Positions 32,671 to 41,039 are shown, counted from the stretch's first letter. The stretch: DNA of 41,039 nucleotides from Acidimicrobiia bacterium (GCA_043730435.1 JAYTKG010000180.1:1-41039); one strand, 5' to 3'. Notes: generated by a model not told the origin, from the letters alone. Numbers and translations: made by a program.

Positions 32671-34824
32671 CACCGTTTCGCTGGCTCGCTGCAACAGTTC
32701 GTCGGCGAACGCTCGTTTCGGATCGGGGACGTCGGTGTCGGAGTAGGCGGCTTGATCAAGCGCTGAGAACGCCACGTCCCAGTCGTCGCCGACGAAGCCG
32801 ACCGCCTCGGCGAACGAACGGGCCGTTTGTCCGGGCGCTCGATGATGTCCGGCTTTGCGCCCTATGTGGTCGAGTCGGTCGTTCCACACCATGGGCCAGC
32901 TGCGAGCGGCGAGAGCCTGGCGACGTCGGTACACACGGCGAACAAACCAGCCGACGAGGCCAAGACCGGTGAGGAGCCCGGCACCCAACACCACGCGACC
33001 GACGACCGAGAAGACCGGGCCGAGTCGACTGGCAAGGAAGTCGGTGAGGCCGTTGCGTGCCAGCGGCACCTGGCCGTCATCGGCGAAGGGTACGTCGGCG
33101 GTGGGGTCAAAGGTGAGCCATCCGACGCCAGGGAAGTAGATCTCCGCCCACGCGTGCGCGTCACTGGCCTTCACCTCGTACAGACCGGTGAACGGGTTCC
33201 GCTCTCCGGACGCATACCCCACGCCCAACCGCGCCGGCACGCCCAGGCTGCGCATCATGACCACGAGTGAGCTAGCGATCTGTTCGCAGAACCCGACCTT
33301 TTCGGTGAAGAGGAAGTGGTCGACGGCGTCGGTGTTCGCAGGCAGCGACGGGATGTCGATCGAGTAGGTGGTGTTGTTCCCCAACCAGTCCTCGATCGCC
33401 TGCACCTTGCCAAGCAACGACGGTGACGATGCGGTGATGGATGCGGCGAGGTCTGCGACGCGTGCGGGCATATCGGCGGGCAGTTGCGTGTACACCGTTC
33501 GCGCCGGTTGCCCGAGTCCTTGGCTCGCACGCAACGGGTTGAAGGGCTCGGCCGCCAGCGCGATCGGGTCGGCGGGCGGCCGTTTGCTGACCACGGTGTA
33601 GACCGCTCCGGTTCCGAGGGCCACGCCGGCGCGAATGGTGCCATCGGGTAGCACCAGAACGGACTTGTCGGGGAAATAGAGTTTGGTGGCCGACGCGGCC
33701 CCAAAGATCAGATTCGGACCAGGCTTCTCGACGTAGACGGTCTGAATAAAATCGTTCGAATCGTCCATCTGAACAGCACCCTCGAAGACCGGCAGCTCGA
33801 TGGCGCCGTCACCATTGACCACCTTGGTCTTGTCGCTGGTGGCGGTCCATCGGCGGCCGTCCCAGTGGTCAAAACTCTGACCCCGCCAGAAGCCGGGCTT
33901 GCTGGCCCGCACCTTCATGACGATCGTGTCGTCGGGGCGTCCGCGAGCGGCTGTGTCCATCTCGTTGGAGAAACCAACGTATCCGAAGCTTGCCCGAGGC
34001 GTGTCGCCGCCCTTGCCGGTGCTCGGATCGTTCGGGTTGCCGTCTCCGCCACCGTTTCCGCCGCCCAGGGACGGATTCACTAAACCGCCGCCGGGGATGC
34101 GATCGACATTGGGAAGGCTGGCGGGGAACGTGAACGCCCGCGCCGTTCCCGACGCAGGAAGGAAGAGGAAGAGTAGGCCGGCCACCGCAAACGAACTGGC
34201 GAGCGTGAGGCCAAGCGACGTTGCGAGTGCTCTGCTTGGCATCCGAAGCGACCGTACCTTTGGCGCAGCCAGCTGGGTCGGTCGGGGAAGCTCCGCCAGT
34301 TCGCTGCGATGCATCAAAGCCAGAGCCAACACCGCTGCCGCGCTCCAGAGGCCGAGGCTGATGGCGTAATCACTGGCGATAGACAGCACGCCGCCGACAC
34401 CGATCAGCACCGTGGATGCGGCAAGGGAGAACCGCAGATCGCGTCGTGCCGGCACGTCGAAGGAGTGCAGGAGCTGCGTCCACAAGAACAGTTCGGCGAG
34501 GGGACGTTGCGCCGCGGCAGCGTTCTGGCCAATGCCGCCGAGCTGGCTCACGAAATGCGCCGATGCCGCCAGCATTCCGACCGCAAGGAACATCTTCACC
34601 AGGAACCCCGGCTGGAATCGCGCGTAGTAGGAGAATGCGAAAGCGACGATAAGTCCGGCCGGAAGTGCGTAGCGAATGGATGGCGTGCCGACGCCTTGCT
34701 GCTGGGTGGCGTTGGCTGCGATCAACACTGCAAACAGCGTGGCGACGCGCACGGCAACGCTGGCCTCGGGCGTGCCCTTGGCGTTGGCCGACTTCACCGA
34801 CCGAGCGAGCGAGACGATGCTCAC
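32653..34824 (-). CDS. Transglutaminase-like membrane protein (TgpA-type: N-terminal polytopic domain + TGase core + C-terminal TM/DUF4129-like)
   Basis: Core Cys-His-Asp in GFCEQIASSLVVMMRSLGVPARL...DAHAWAEIYFPGVGWLTFDPT. Multiple N-terminal TM segments. It overlaps the DUF58 stop by 4 nt. Confidence 0.85.
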   Translation of the reverse strand: MSIVSLARSVKSANAKGTPEASVAVRVATLFAVLIAANATQQQGVGTPSIRYALPAGLIVAFAFSYYARFQPGFLVKMFLAVGMLAASAHFVSQLGGIGQNAAAAQRPLAELFLWTQLLHSFDVPARRDLRFSLAASTVLIGVGGVLSIASDYAISLGLWSAAAVLALALMHRSELAELPRPTQLAAPKVRSLRMPSRALATSLGLTLASSFAVAGLLFLFLPASGTARAFTFPASLPNVDRIPGGGLVNPSLGGGNGGGDGNPNDPSTGKGGDTPRASFGYVGFSNEMDTAARGRPDDTIVMKVRASKPGFWRGQSFDHWDGRRWTATSDKTKVVNGDGAIELPVFEGAVQMDDSNDFIQTVYVEKPGPNLIFGAASATKLYFPDKSVLVLPDGTIRAGVALGTGAVYTVVSKRPPADPIALAAEPFNPLRASQGLGQPARTVYTQLPADMPARVADLAASITASSPSLLGKVQAIEDWLGNNTTYSIDIPSLPANTDAVDHFLFTEKVGFCEQIASSLVVMMRSLGVPARLGVGYASGERNPFTGLYEVKASDAHAWAEIYFPGVGWLTFDPTADVPFADDGQVPLARNGLTDFLASRLGPVFSVVGRVVLGAGLLTGLGLVGWFVRRVYRRRQALAARSWPMVWNDRLDHIGRKAGHHRAPGQTARSFAEAVGFVGDDWDVAFSALDQAAYSDTDVPDPKRAFADELLQRASETVSASRK

Positions 34825-35669
34825 GCAGCAACTCCTTTCGGTGGGTACACCGGACCGACAACGGCGCGGGCCAGACGGCGGCTCACTTCGAGCGGACTGG
34901 TAACGGGCCCGGTCACCGGTCCGCTCGGTTCTGCGGTGATCAGCACGACGGCCGCACCGCGCTTCAGTGCGGCGAGAGCGAGACCAGCGGCGCGGGACAC
35001 AGTTGGTTCGACGGCTACCTCGGGGCCGACGAGGTCAACCACGATCACCACCGGCGCGACCGTGACGCCGTCGGTCTCACGGATCATCATCTCACCGGTT
35101 CGCGCCGTCGCCGGCCAGTGGAGCTTGCGGCTGCTGTCGCCGGGTAGGTAGGCGCGGATGCCTCGCAAATCTTCCTCACCGATGTCGGGTGTTGGGGCTG
35201 CGTCGGACAGTTCGACGTCGGTGGGAAACGGTCCGACTTCGAGCGGCGCGGCAAGGTTGACCTGGCAGGTCTTCTTCCACTCCACCATGCCGAGCGGTGA
35301 CGATGTCCGTAGCTCCACGGCCAGTCGTGCGAACACGCCTCGCTTGGCGGGCCGGGTGAAGAACGTGCCCTTGGTGGCGTGAAACTGCCCGGTGCCAAGG
35401 GCGGGGATGTCGGCGACCAGACCGGATTTCGCATCGATGTCCAGCGGCACGGCCAGCGAGACAGTGCCATCGGTCGGCGCATGAACACTGATACCGGCGC
35501 GAGCCAGTCGCACCATCGGCAGGAATGCACCTGCGACTACCGAGCCCAGCAGCGTGGCCACCAGCACGGTGGCCCAACCACTACCGCTGGTTCGGCTGAT
35601 GCCGAAGAAGGCGAGTGCGAGCGCGGTCATGATGAGCGCCGGTGCCTTCACTCGGCTCGGGCGGAGCAT
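34821..35669 (-). CDS. DUF58 domain protein
   Basis: LRGIRAYLPGDSSRKLHWPATARTGEMMIRE is the DUF58 signature. ATG at 35669 (MLRPSRV) lies 1 nt after the moxR stop. Confidence 0.85.
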   Translation of the reverse strand: MLRPSRVKAPALIMTALALAFFGISRTSGSGWATVLVATLLGSVVAGAFLPMVRLARAGISVHAPTDGTVSLAVPLDIDAKSGLVADIPALGTGQFHATKGTFFTRPAKRGVFARLAVELRTSSPLGMVEWKKTCQVNLAAPLEVGPFPTDVELSDAAPTPDIGEEDLRGIRAYLPGDSSRKLHWPATARTGEMMIRETDGVTVAPVVIVVDLVGPEVAVEPTVSRAAGLALAALKRGAAVVLITAEPSGPVTGPVTSPLEVSRRLARAVVGPVYPPKGVAA

Positions 35670-35670
35670 G

Positions 35671-36627
35671 TCAGCCCCGAGGTACGGGAACGTCGGCCAG
35701 TATCTCGGTGATGATGGTGCGGCTGATCTCCAGACCGGGACCACTGCGCATCACGAGACGATGGGCCAGCACTGACGGCGCCATCGCCTGCACGTCGTCG
35801 GGCGTGACGAAGTAGCGGCCCTGCAGACCGGCCCAGGCCTTGGCGGCGTGAAGCAATGCCTGGCTTCCGCGGGGGCTCTGGCCGAGGCGGACGTTTGCAT
35901 GTTCACGCGTCTTGGCCCCGATGGCTACGACATAGTCGACCACTCTCTCCACCGCCTGCACAGCGCGAACGGCCCGCTGTGCTTCCACCAGCTGCACCAT
36001 GGTTACGACAGCGCCAAGCTCGTCGAGGTGGTCGCTGCCGCCGCGACCGAGCAGAAGGTCACGCTCGGCGACCGGGCCGGGATGACCGAGTTCAAGAACG
36101 GTCGCGAAGCGGTCGCGCTGGCCTTCCACCAGGGGGAAAGTGCCGGCGTGGTCGAACGGGTTTTGGGTGGCGATCACGAAGAACGGATCAGGCAGGGCAT
36201 AGGTCTTGCCGTCGACGGTGATCTGTGACTCGGCCATGGCCTCAAGCAACGCCGACTGGGTGCGTGGCGTCGATCGATTCAGTTCGTCGATGAGCACGAC
36301 GTTGGCAAACAGCGGGCCGGGCCGGAAGTTCCAAGCACCGGTCGATGGCTCGAAGACAGCAACACCGGTGAGCTCGGACGGCAACAGGTCGGCCGTGCCC
36401 TGCACCCGGCGAAACTGTCCGCCGATGGACCGAGCGAGCGCCTTGGCCAAGGTGGTCTTGCCTTGACCGGGAAGATCCTCAATCAACAGGTGACCACCAG
36501 CGAGCAGCGTGACCACGGCGAGGCGCACGGCATCGGGCGTACCGCGCATGATCCGTTCAATATTGGTAACGAGAGCGCCACCAACCTCGGCTACCAGAGG
36601 CGTCACTATTTCAGTGGTCGTCAACAC
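35671..36627 (-). CDS. moxR: MoxR-family AAA+ ATPase
   Basis: Walker A LPGQGKTTLAKALA, Walker B VVLIDELNR, and the characteristic FFVIATQNP and LGYP-like (LELGHPG) segments. Confidence 0.92.
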   Translation of the reverse strand: MLTTTEIVTPLVAEVGGALVTNIERIMRGTPDAVRLAVVTLLAGGHLLIEDLPGQGKTTLAKALARSIGGQFRRVQGTADLLPSELTGVAVFEPSTGAWNFRPGPLFANVVLIDELNRSTPRTQSALLEAMAESQITVDGKTYALPDPFFVIATQNPFDHAGTFPLVEGQRDRFATVLELGHPGPVAERDLLLGRGGSDHLDELGAVVTMVQLVEAQRAVRAVQAVERVVDYVVAIGAKTREHANVRLGQSPRGSQALLHAAKAWAGLQGRYFVTPDDVQAMAPSVLAHRLVMRSGPGLEISRTIITEILADVPVPRG

Positions 36628-36909
36628 CCCACGTGCATCGGCGGAAATCCGTCGACTATGAACATCGCGTCAGTTCCTTGATCGACCGTTAACTCACTGG
36701 TCAAACGTCACCACCTCCCGACGAGGATTACGCCCCAATCGCTGGCAAGCTATTGGCGAGCGAAGCACACCGAAAGGGTTGCCGGATTGTCTGAGCGAAG
36801 CGAGTCCGAACGCTGCGAAGCGGGCGCCCGAGTGCCAGGAGCGGTAGCGACCAGCGAGGGCAATCGGCGAGGTGAGGAACGAGCCGGAGCGCAGCAAGAG
36901 AGGCATGTT

Positions 36910-37617
36910 ATGGAAGGTCCGATTACTGCAGGGGTCATTGCGACTCCGCCGTTTGGGGCGATGGCGCAGCTCTCGAAGGATCAATTGATCGCCGAGCAAC
37001 AGGCCACGCTGGCGTCGCCGCGGCGGCATTACTCGTGGAGCGCAAAGGGCCTGTTCGCCACCCTTGATCTTGTGTACGGCAAGGGCCGCAACCTCGAGAA
37101 GTTCCGCGTCCTCGAGTTGGCCGCCCGGGTGCCGTATCAGGCTTGGGAACACGTCGCCTACGTCGCTGTGACCCACAAGGCCAGCGTGCCGGATTTTGCG
37201 GGCCGAATCTTCACCCAGATTCGGTCCAGTCGTCGGGAGCAGGACAACGAGCAGTGGCATCTGCTCATCCTTGAGGAACTCACGCAGGCGCGTCCGCGCA
37301 AGTACGGTTTCTTGCGAACGGTGGTCTTTCCGCAGTTGCTGGCGTTCGGCTACTACCAACTCTCGTGGCTGCTTTACGCGGTTCGTCCTGATTGGAGTTA
37401 CCGCCTGAACGCGGACTTTGAGGATCACGCCGAGCATGAGTACGCGCTGTTGGTGGAAGAAACGCCATGGCTACACGTTGAGCCTTACAGCGGGCAGTTC
37501 AGCGGTGAGTACGGCTCATTCGAAACGCTGGCCGATCTCTTCCGCCAGATCGGGTATGACGAACGCATCCACAAGCTCGAAAGCATCGAGCGAATGAAGA
37601 CACCCCGCTTCCAATAG
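36910..37617 (+). CDS. Alternative oxidase-like membrane-bound di-iron carboxylate protein
   Basis: Four AOX-type iron-ligand motifs in order: VLELAARVPY, NEQWHLLI, DFEDHAEHEY and GYDERIHKLES. The start is uncertain: ATG at 36910, or the in-frame TTG at 36787, which would add an E/R-rich extension. Confidence 0.7.
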   Translation: MEGPITAGVIATPPFGAMAQLSKDQLIAEQQATLASPRRHYSWSAKGLFATLDLVYGKGRNLEKFRVLELAARVPYQAWEHVAYVAVTHKASVPDFAGRIFTQIRSSRREQDNEQWHLLILEELTQARPRKYGFLRTVVFPQLLAFGYYQLSWLLYAVRPDWSYRLNADFEDHAEHEYALLVEETPWLHVEPYSGQFSGEYGSFETLADLFRQIGYDERIHKLESIERMKTPRFQ

Positions 37618-37618
37618 G

Positions 37619-37780
37619 TCAATCGTGGCGGCGCGAGATGGCGAGCCAAACACCAAGGCCAATGATGCTCAAGCCACCGAGCCCCGCCATCTGTTCGAGA
37701 CGCTTGGGTGACCGCCGAAACCAGGATCGGACCGATCCGGCGATGAGCCCCCACGTGCCATCACTCACTATCGTGAAACC
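37619..37780 (-). pseudogene. Remnant (C-terminal ~50 codons) of a LysE/RhtB-family exporter
   Basis: My minus-strand translation is ...GFTIVSDGTWGLIAGSVRSWFRRSPKRLEQMAGLGGLSIIGLGVWLAISRRHD*. It resembles the last TM hairpin of LysE-type translocators. There is an in-frame stop at 37832-37834 and no plausible start or upstream body. Confidence 0.45.
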
Positions 37781-37877
37781 CCTCGCGCACAATGTCGGCG
37801 AGCGCTCCTCGGTTCCGCTGCTGCGTCGAGTTCAATCACGCTCTTACGTAGCGACAATGGCCGAATCGCCGCCGGAC

Positions 37878-37897
37878 GTTTCCGGGGGACCGGAAAC
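37878..37897 (-). terminator. Perfect 8-bp hairpin downstream of the Uma2 gene
   Basis: gtttccgg-ggga-ccggaaac, starting 41 nt after the Uma2 stop on the minus strand. No U-tract. Confidence 0.4.
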
Positions 37898-37937
37898 CCC
37901 TGCCAGCTCGGTGCGTTTCGAGAACGGCTGACAGGTG

Positions 37938-38618
37938 CTATCTGGGTTCGGCGCCGAGGGCGCGCAGTTGGGCTTCAAGTTCGGCTGCCCTTGCGTGCGC
38001 CTTCTCGGCATCAAGGAAAGCAGTCTGTAGTTCTTCGTCGCGTTCCGTCTCGACCAGGGTGATGAGGTCGATATCGGCGCCGATAAGCAAGCCCTCTGCG
38101 GTGCGAACCATGACGTCGCTTCCCGCCACCTCGATGCTCAAGCCGCCGAGCGGCACGATCGGCTTGCCGGTCCACACGATGAATTCTCCATCGCCCGGGG
38201 CGAATCGAAGTGCTGCACCGACGATGGGGTCGGTGCTGATGACGTAGACGTCAACGCCGAGTGCGTTGCAGCGCGCCGCCTTGGCCCGCAGCCCGTCAAA
38301 GGTGTCGGTGTTCGATGGCACCTCGATCACGACGCCAGGGCAGGGCAGATGCGCAAGTCGCTGCTGATAGGACTTTGCGCCGCGTTCAAGCACGCCGACT
38401 GGAAGGGTCATGAGATCGGGCGCCATTGCGTGGCCACCATCGGATGGATACCAGTTCATGTCGCGATACACGACCGTGTTGGGCCGGAGTTGGCGTGCGG
38501 CCACAATTCCGATCGCATCAACGACGCGACGATGGTCGGGATTCTCGGGCACTTTCAGCGTGTCCGGATCGGCGTCATCTTCAACGTCGAGCCAGTCAGC
38601 AGCGGTGGACATAAGCAT
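37938..38618 (-). CDS. Uma2-family (DUF820) PD-(D/E)xK endonuclease-like protein with C-terminal coiled coil
   Basis: APDLMTLP...PCPGVVIEVPSNTD...KAARCNALGVDVYVISTDP fits the Uma2 pattern (PDl.v ... lviEV.S.s ... K...Y...Gv.eYw.vdp). GAGGAG lies 7 nt upstream of the ATG at 38618. Confidence 0.75.
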   Translation of the reverse strand: MLMSTAADWLDVEDDADPDTLKVPENPDHRRVVDAIGIVAARQLRPNTVVYRDMNWYPSDGGHAMAPDLMTLPVGVLERGAKSYQQRLAHLPCPGVVIEVPSNTDTFDGLRAKAARCNALGVDVYVISTDPIVGAALRFAPGDGEFIVWTGKPIVPLGGLSIEVAGSDVMVRTAEGLLIGADIDLITLVETERDEELQTAFLDAEKAHARAAELEAQLRALGAEPR

Positions 38619-38766
38619 AAGGCTACTCCTCGATTCGTTCGGTGCGACATGCATCCGACAGTAGTGAGGGGGTGCGACAGAGTTTTCTTCGTGACTGAAT
38701 CGCCACGTTCCGCGGCCTCGACGATCCGGTTCTACATCGTCGTCGGATGATGCAGTTTGCGATACA

Positions 38767-40237
38767 TCAGTTGACGGGTCGTTGCGCAGCCAGTTCGGCT
38801 GCAACGTCAACGAGTTCGATGCGATCGCTCGCCGCAGCGAGTTTGATCAAGCTGTCCGAGTAGCCGGCTTTGGACGCGAGAATTATTCGAGGCTCGGCGA
38901 CGACGCGGAGGCCGCTTTGTCGGAGGGCCGGGATCTTGTAGGTGTCGAGGTCGTTGATGATTGTAGGTGTAAACCGAGTGTTTGTCCATTTTGCTTCGGC
39001 TACTACGGTTACTCGCCCGCGCTGGGAGCCGACGGCGTCGATCTCCTCGGTGGTCCGTTCTTTCCGTCGTCGGAACTCATTGGTCGAGTTGCCCCACCAG
39101 TTACCCCACTTCGTTGCCAACTCGGCCCGACTCATCCGCAACCATTCCAGCAACCATGTCTCGAATACGGGAGCAACGTGGTCGGCCAACGCCGGGCTGA
39201 TCTCGGCATCGAACAGCTGCTCGGATGGGAGCCCGGCTTCGAGGTCGCTTTGGAAGGGAAACACAAACCGGAACCAGAATCGGAGAAAGTCGTCATCGAG
39301 TTGCCACTGTCCCGATCTGGAGGCGGGCGCGGCGCCGAAGGGATCCTTCCTTGATACGAGTTTCAGATCGACCAGGGTGGCGAGGTACTTGATTATCGTG
39401 CTGGATGTCGTGTCGAGCGCTTGCGCGATCTCATTGATCGCCTTGCCGCCCGTGGCGAATTGCTCGAGGATGGCGAAGTAAACACGCGGTTCACGTAGCT
39501 CTTGTTCCACGATCACACGGCCCTCGTTCCAAAGCGGCGCATCTCGATCGAGGACGTTGCGGCTAACGGCCTTTCGTAGTGGGCCAGAGGTGAGCCGCCG
39601 AAGATACATCGGCATACCGCCGGAGATTGCGAATCGTTCGAACGCGTCGAAGGAGTCGAAACCAACGAGAAACGGTGCGGCTTGGGCAAACGTCAGCGGC
39701 CGAACCTGGAATCGCTGAAGTCGTCCGTGCATGGGATTTGTCTCGCTGAACAGTGATTCCATATGGCCGATATGCGATCCACACAAGATCAGCTTGATCT
39801 TCGATTGGTCTCGTTCTTCTTCCATCGCCGCTTGGATGGCGGTCAGTTCCTGCCGGGCGGTAGCTGCTACCGGTGACAGCAACCACGGGAACTCGTCGAT
39901 CACTACAAGCAACGGATGATCTCGGCTGATTCGATACAGCACACGAAAGAGCGTCGACACATCAGGGATCTGCGGTTTGACTCCAACGTACGTGCTCGAG
40001 GTCATAGGCAAACCGAGCGAACTGTGATTGTGCAGGGAGCTGTTCTGCAACGAGAATGAGAGCAGCCTTTTCGTGCGCGAACCGGCGGAAGAGCCAGGAT
40101 TTACCCACCCGTCGGCGGCCCAGCATTGCGAGCGGCTCCCGTTCGCTGCCCGTCCACCACTCGTCCATTCTTTCAAGTTCAACGGTGCGGTTTCGGAACT
40201 CGGATAGTAGTGGCCAGTGGTATCCGGGGTTCTGCAT
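38767..40237 (-). pseudogene. ATPase (Arch_ATPase-like) + wHTH + DUF234 PD-(D/E)xK-like domain protein, frameshifted
   Basis: The N-terminal 83 codons with Walker A (MQNPGYHWPLL...LGRRRVGKSWLFRRF...FAYDLEHV) are in the frame of ORF 39962..40309. The remainder (GVKPQIPD...LLVVIDEFPWL...EIDAVG...VVAEAKW...) is in the frame of ORF 38767..40323. The frames switch at about 39975-39995. Confidence 0.8.
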
Positions 40238-40395
40238 GAACTCAGTATACGCATGGGTATGTAACGCACAAGTATAGTAATCTGTCGAGTCAGTCGTGGC
40301 GACGCGCACAAGGCGGCGAGCACTCTTGGGCTCGGCGGCGGCGTCGAGTTCGATGGCCGAACCGAATAGGACTGGGTCGGACTAGACTAACTGCC

Positions 40396-40638
40396 ATGTC
40401 GACGGTTGTGAATGTTCACGAGGCCAAAACCCACCTGTCGCGGCTTATTGATCGAGCGGCCGCCGGCGAAGAAATTGTTGTTGCCCGAGGCGGCCGGCCG
40501 GTCGCCCGCCTCGTCGCACTGGCGAACCAAGGCCCAGTCCGCACTCCAGGCTCGTTGCGCGGCAAGATCCACATTTCCGACGCTGAGCTTGTAACGCCTG
40601 ATTGGCTGATGGACGCATTCGAGGGCACTGTCGAATGA
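40396..40638 (+). CDS. Phd/YefM-family antitoxin
   Basis: MSTVVNVHEAKTHLSRLIDRAAAGEEIVVARGGRPVARLVAL is a typical Phd/YefM N-terminal domain. Its stop overlaps the toxin ATG (ATGA). Confidence 0.85.
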   Translation: MSTVVNVHEAKTHLSRLIDRAAAGEEIVVARGGRPVARLVALANQGPVRTPGSLRGKIHISDAELVTPDWLMDAFEGTVE

Positions 40639-41009
40639 ACGCGCTGCTCGATTCGCATTGCCTACTGTGGTGGTTGGCAGACATGGCCATGTCCGATGCC
40701 GCGAGCGAAATCATCAGCGACCCGTCCAACGACGTGTTCGTCAGCGCAGCCTCCATTTGGGAACTCGAAGTCAAAGCTGCCTTGGGCAAGCTCGTAATCG
40801 ACGCCGACCTCATTACAGAGGTACCGAAGGCAGGCTTTTCGTGGCTGCCGATCGCAGCACAGCACGGTCGAGCGGCGGCACAACTACCCAGACATCACCG
40901 CGATCCATTCGATCGAATGCTCATCGCTCAAGCGCAGCTGGAACAGTGCACCCTCATCAGCCGCGACAGCACGTTCGATTCCTACGCCGTCGCACTCATA
41001 AAGGCTTAA
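40635..41009 (+). CDS. vapC: PIN-domain toxin VapC
   Basis: MNALLDSHCLLWW...SAASIWELEVKAALGKL...LPRHHRDPFDRMLIAQA...LISRDSTF. These are the canonical acidic PIN residues plus the HRDPFDR motif. Confidence 0.9.
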   Translation: MNALLDSHCLLWWLADMAMSDAASEIISDPSNDVFVSAASIWELEVKAALGKLVIDADLITEVPKAGFSWLPIAAQHGRAAAQLPRHHRDPFDRMLIAQAQLEQCTLISRDSTFDSYAVALIKA

Positions 41010-41039
41010 CAGCCCCGACGCGCGTCGCCCCGGGGTGAC

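Noticed and set aside
34309-35151. 280-aa plus-strand ORF
   Set aside because: It is antisense to the transglutaminase/DUF58 junction, Arg/Gly-rich, and has no motif.
36694-37437. 247-aa minus-strand ORF
   Set aside because: It is antisense to the AOX-like gene, whose four di-iron motifs make the plus strand the coding one.
12959-40323. The two inverted ATPase/DUF234 paralogs as boundaries of a 27-kb genomic island or invertible segment
   Set aside because: The intervening DNA is mostly housekeeping (ccm, hemC, ndh, aminotransferases) with uniform GC-rich composition. No integrase, tRNA or att repeats are present, and the paralogs are too diverged at the protein level to suggest recent recombination.
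1-41039. Scan for tRNA/rRNA/tmRNA genes, CRISPR arrays, transposases and integrases
   Set aside because: I found no T-loop-type GGTTCGAATCC-like sequence in a cloverleaf context, no regularly spaced repeats, and no DDE, tyrosine- or serine-recombinase-like ORF in any frame of the track.

Overview
GC-rich bacterial chromosomal window whose gene content looks actinobacterial: a class E-type sortase, a fused OleBC, a MoxR-DUF58-transglutaminase triad and a DUF559/AbiEi-like gene. I can support about 50 protein-coding features. I found no rRNA, tRNA, CRISPR array, transposase or integrase.

Main blocks, left to right:
- AraC-like gene tail, a class I/II aminotransferase and msrB.
- A frameshifted DUF559 gene bracketed by two 45-nt palindromes.
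- An orphan membrane protein, a Cys-cluster protein and a GT1 glycosyltransferase.
- An RHH-PIN toxin-antitoxin pair.
- The oleA-oleBC-oleD long-chain olefin/beta-lactone cluster.
- A TrmH-family methyltransferase and a 2OG-Fe(II) oxygenase.
- A 5'-truncated, frameshifted ATPase/DUF234 gene.
- An SPFH protein followed by a decayed DUF47-PiT phosphate-transporter operon.
- TetR, and an ATGA-coupled aminotransferase/omega-amidase pair.
- A small secreted coiled-coil protein, NDH-2 and the sortase.
- A complete, translationally coupled System I cytochrome c maturation operon (ccmABCDEFGH plus a ccmI-like gene).
- A nested inverted-repeat cluster, a P/Q/Y-rich membrane protein, a SixA-like phosphatase and hemC.
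- The transglutaminase-DUF58-MoxR triad and an alternative-oxidase-like di-iron protein.
- A decaying accessory tail: LysE remnant, Uma2 nuclease, a second frameshifted ATPase/DUF234 gene and Phd-VapC.

I did not find an unambiguous new multi-gene system. The observations most worth follow-up are:
- the palindrome-bracketed DUF559 cassette;
- the nested repeat cluster at 29.8-29.95 kb;
- System I ccm in an actinobacterial-type context;
- the Uma2 plus ATPase-nuclease pair;
- gene decay confined to accessory genes.

All calls come from reading the translations and the DNA by eye. No database search was run.
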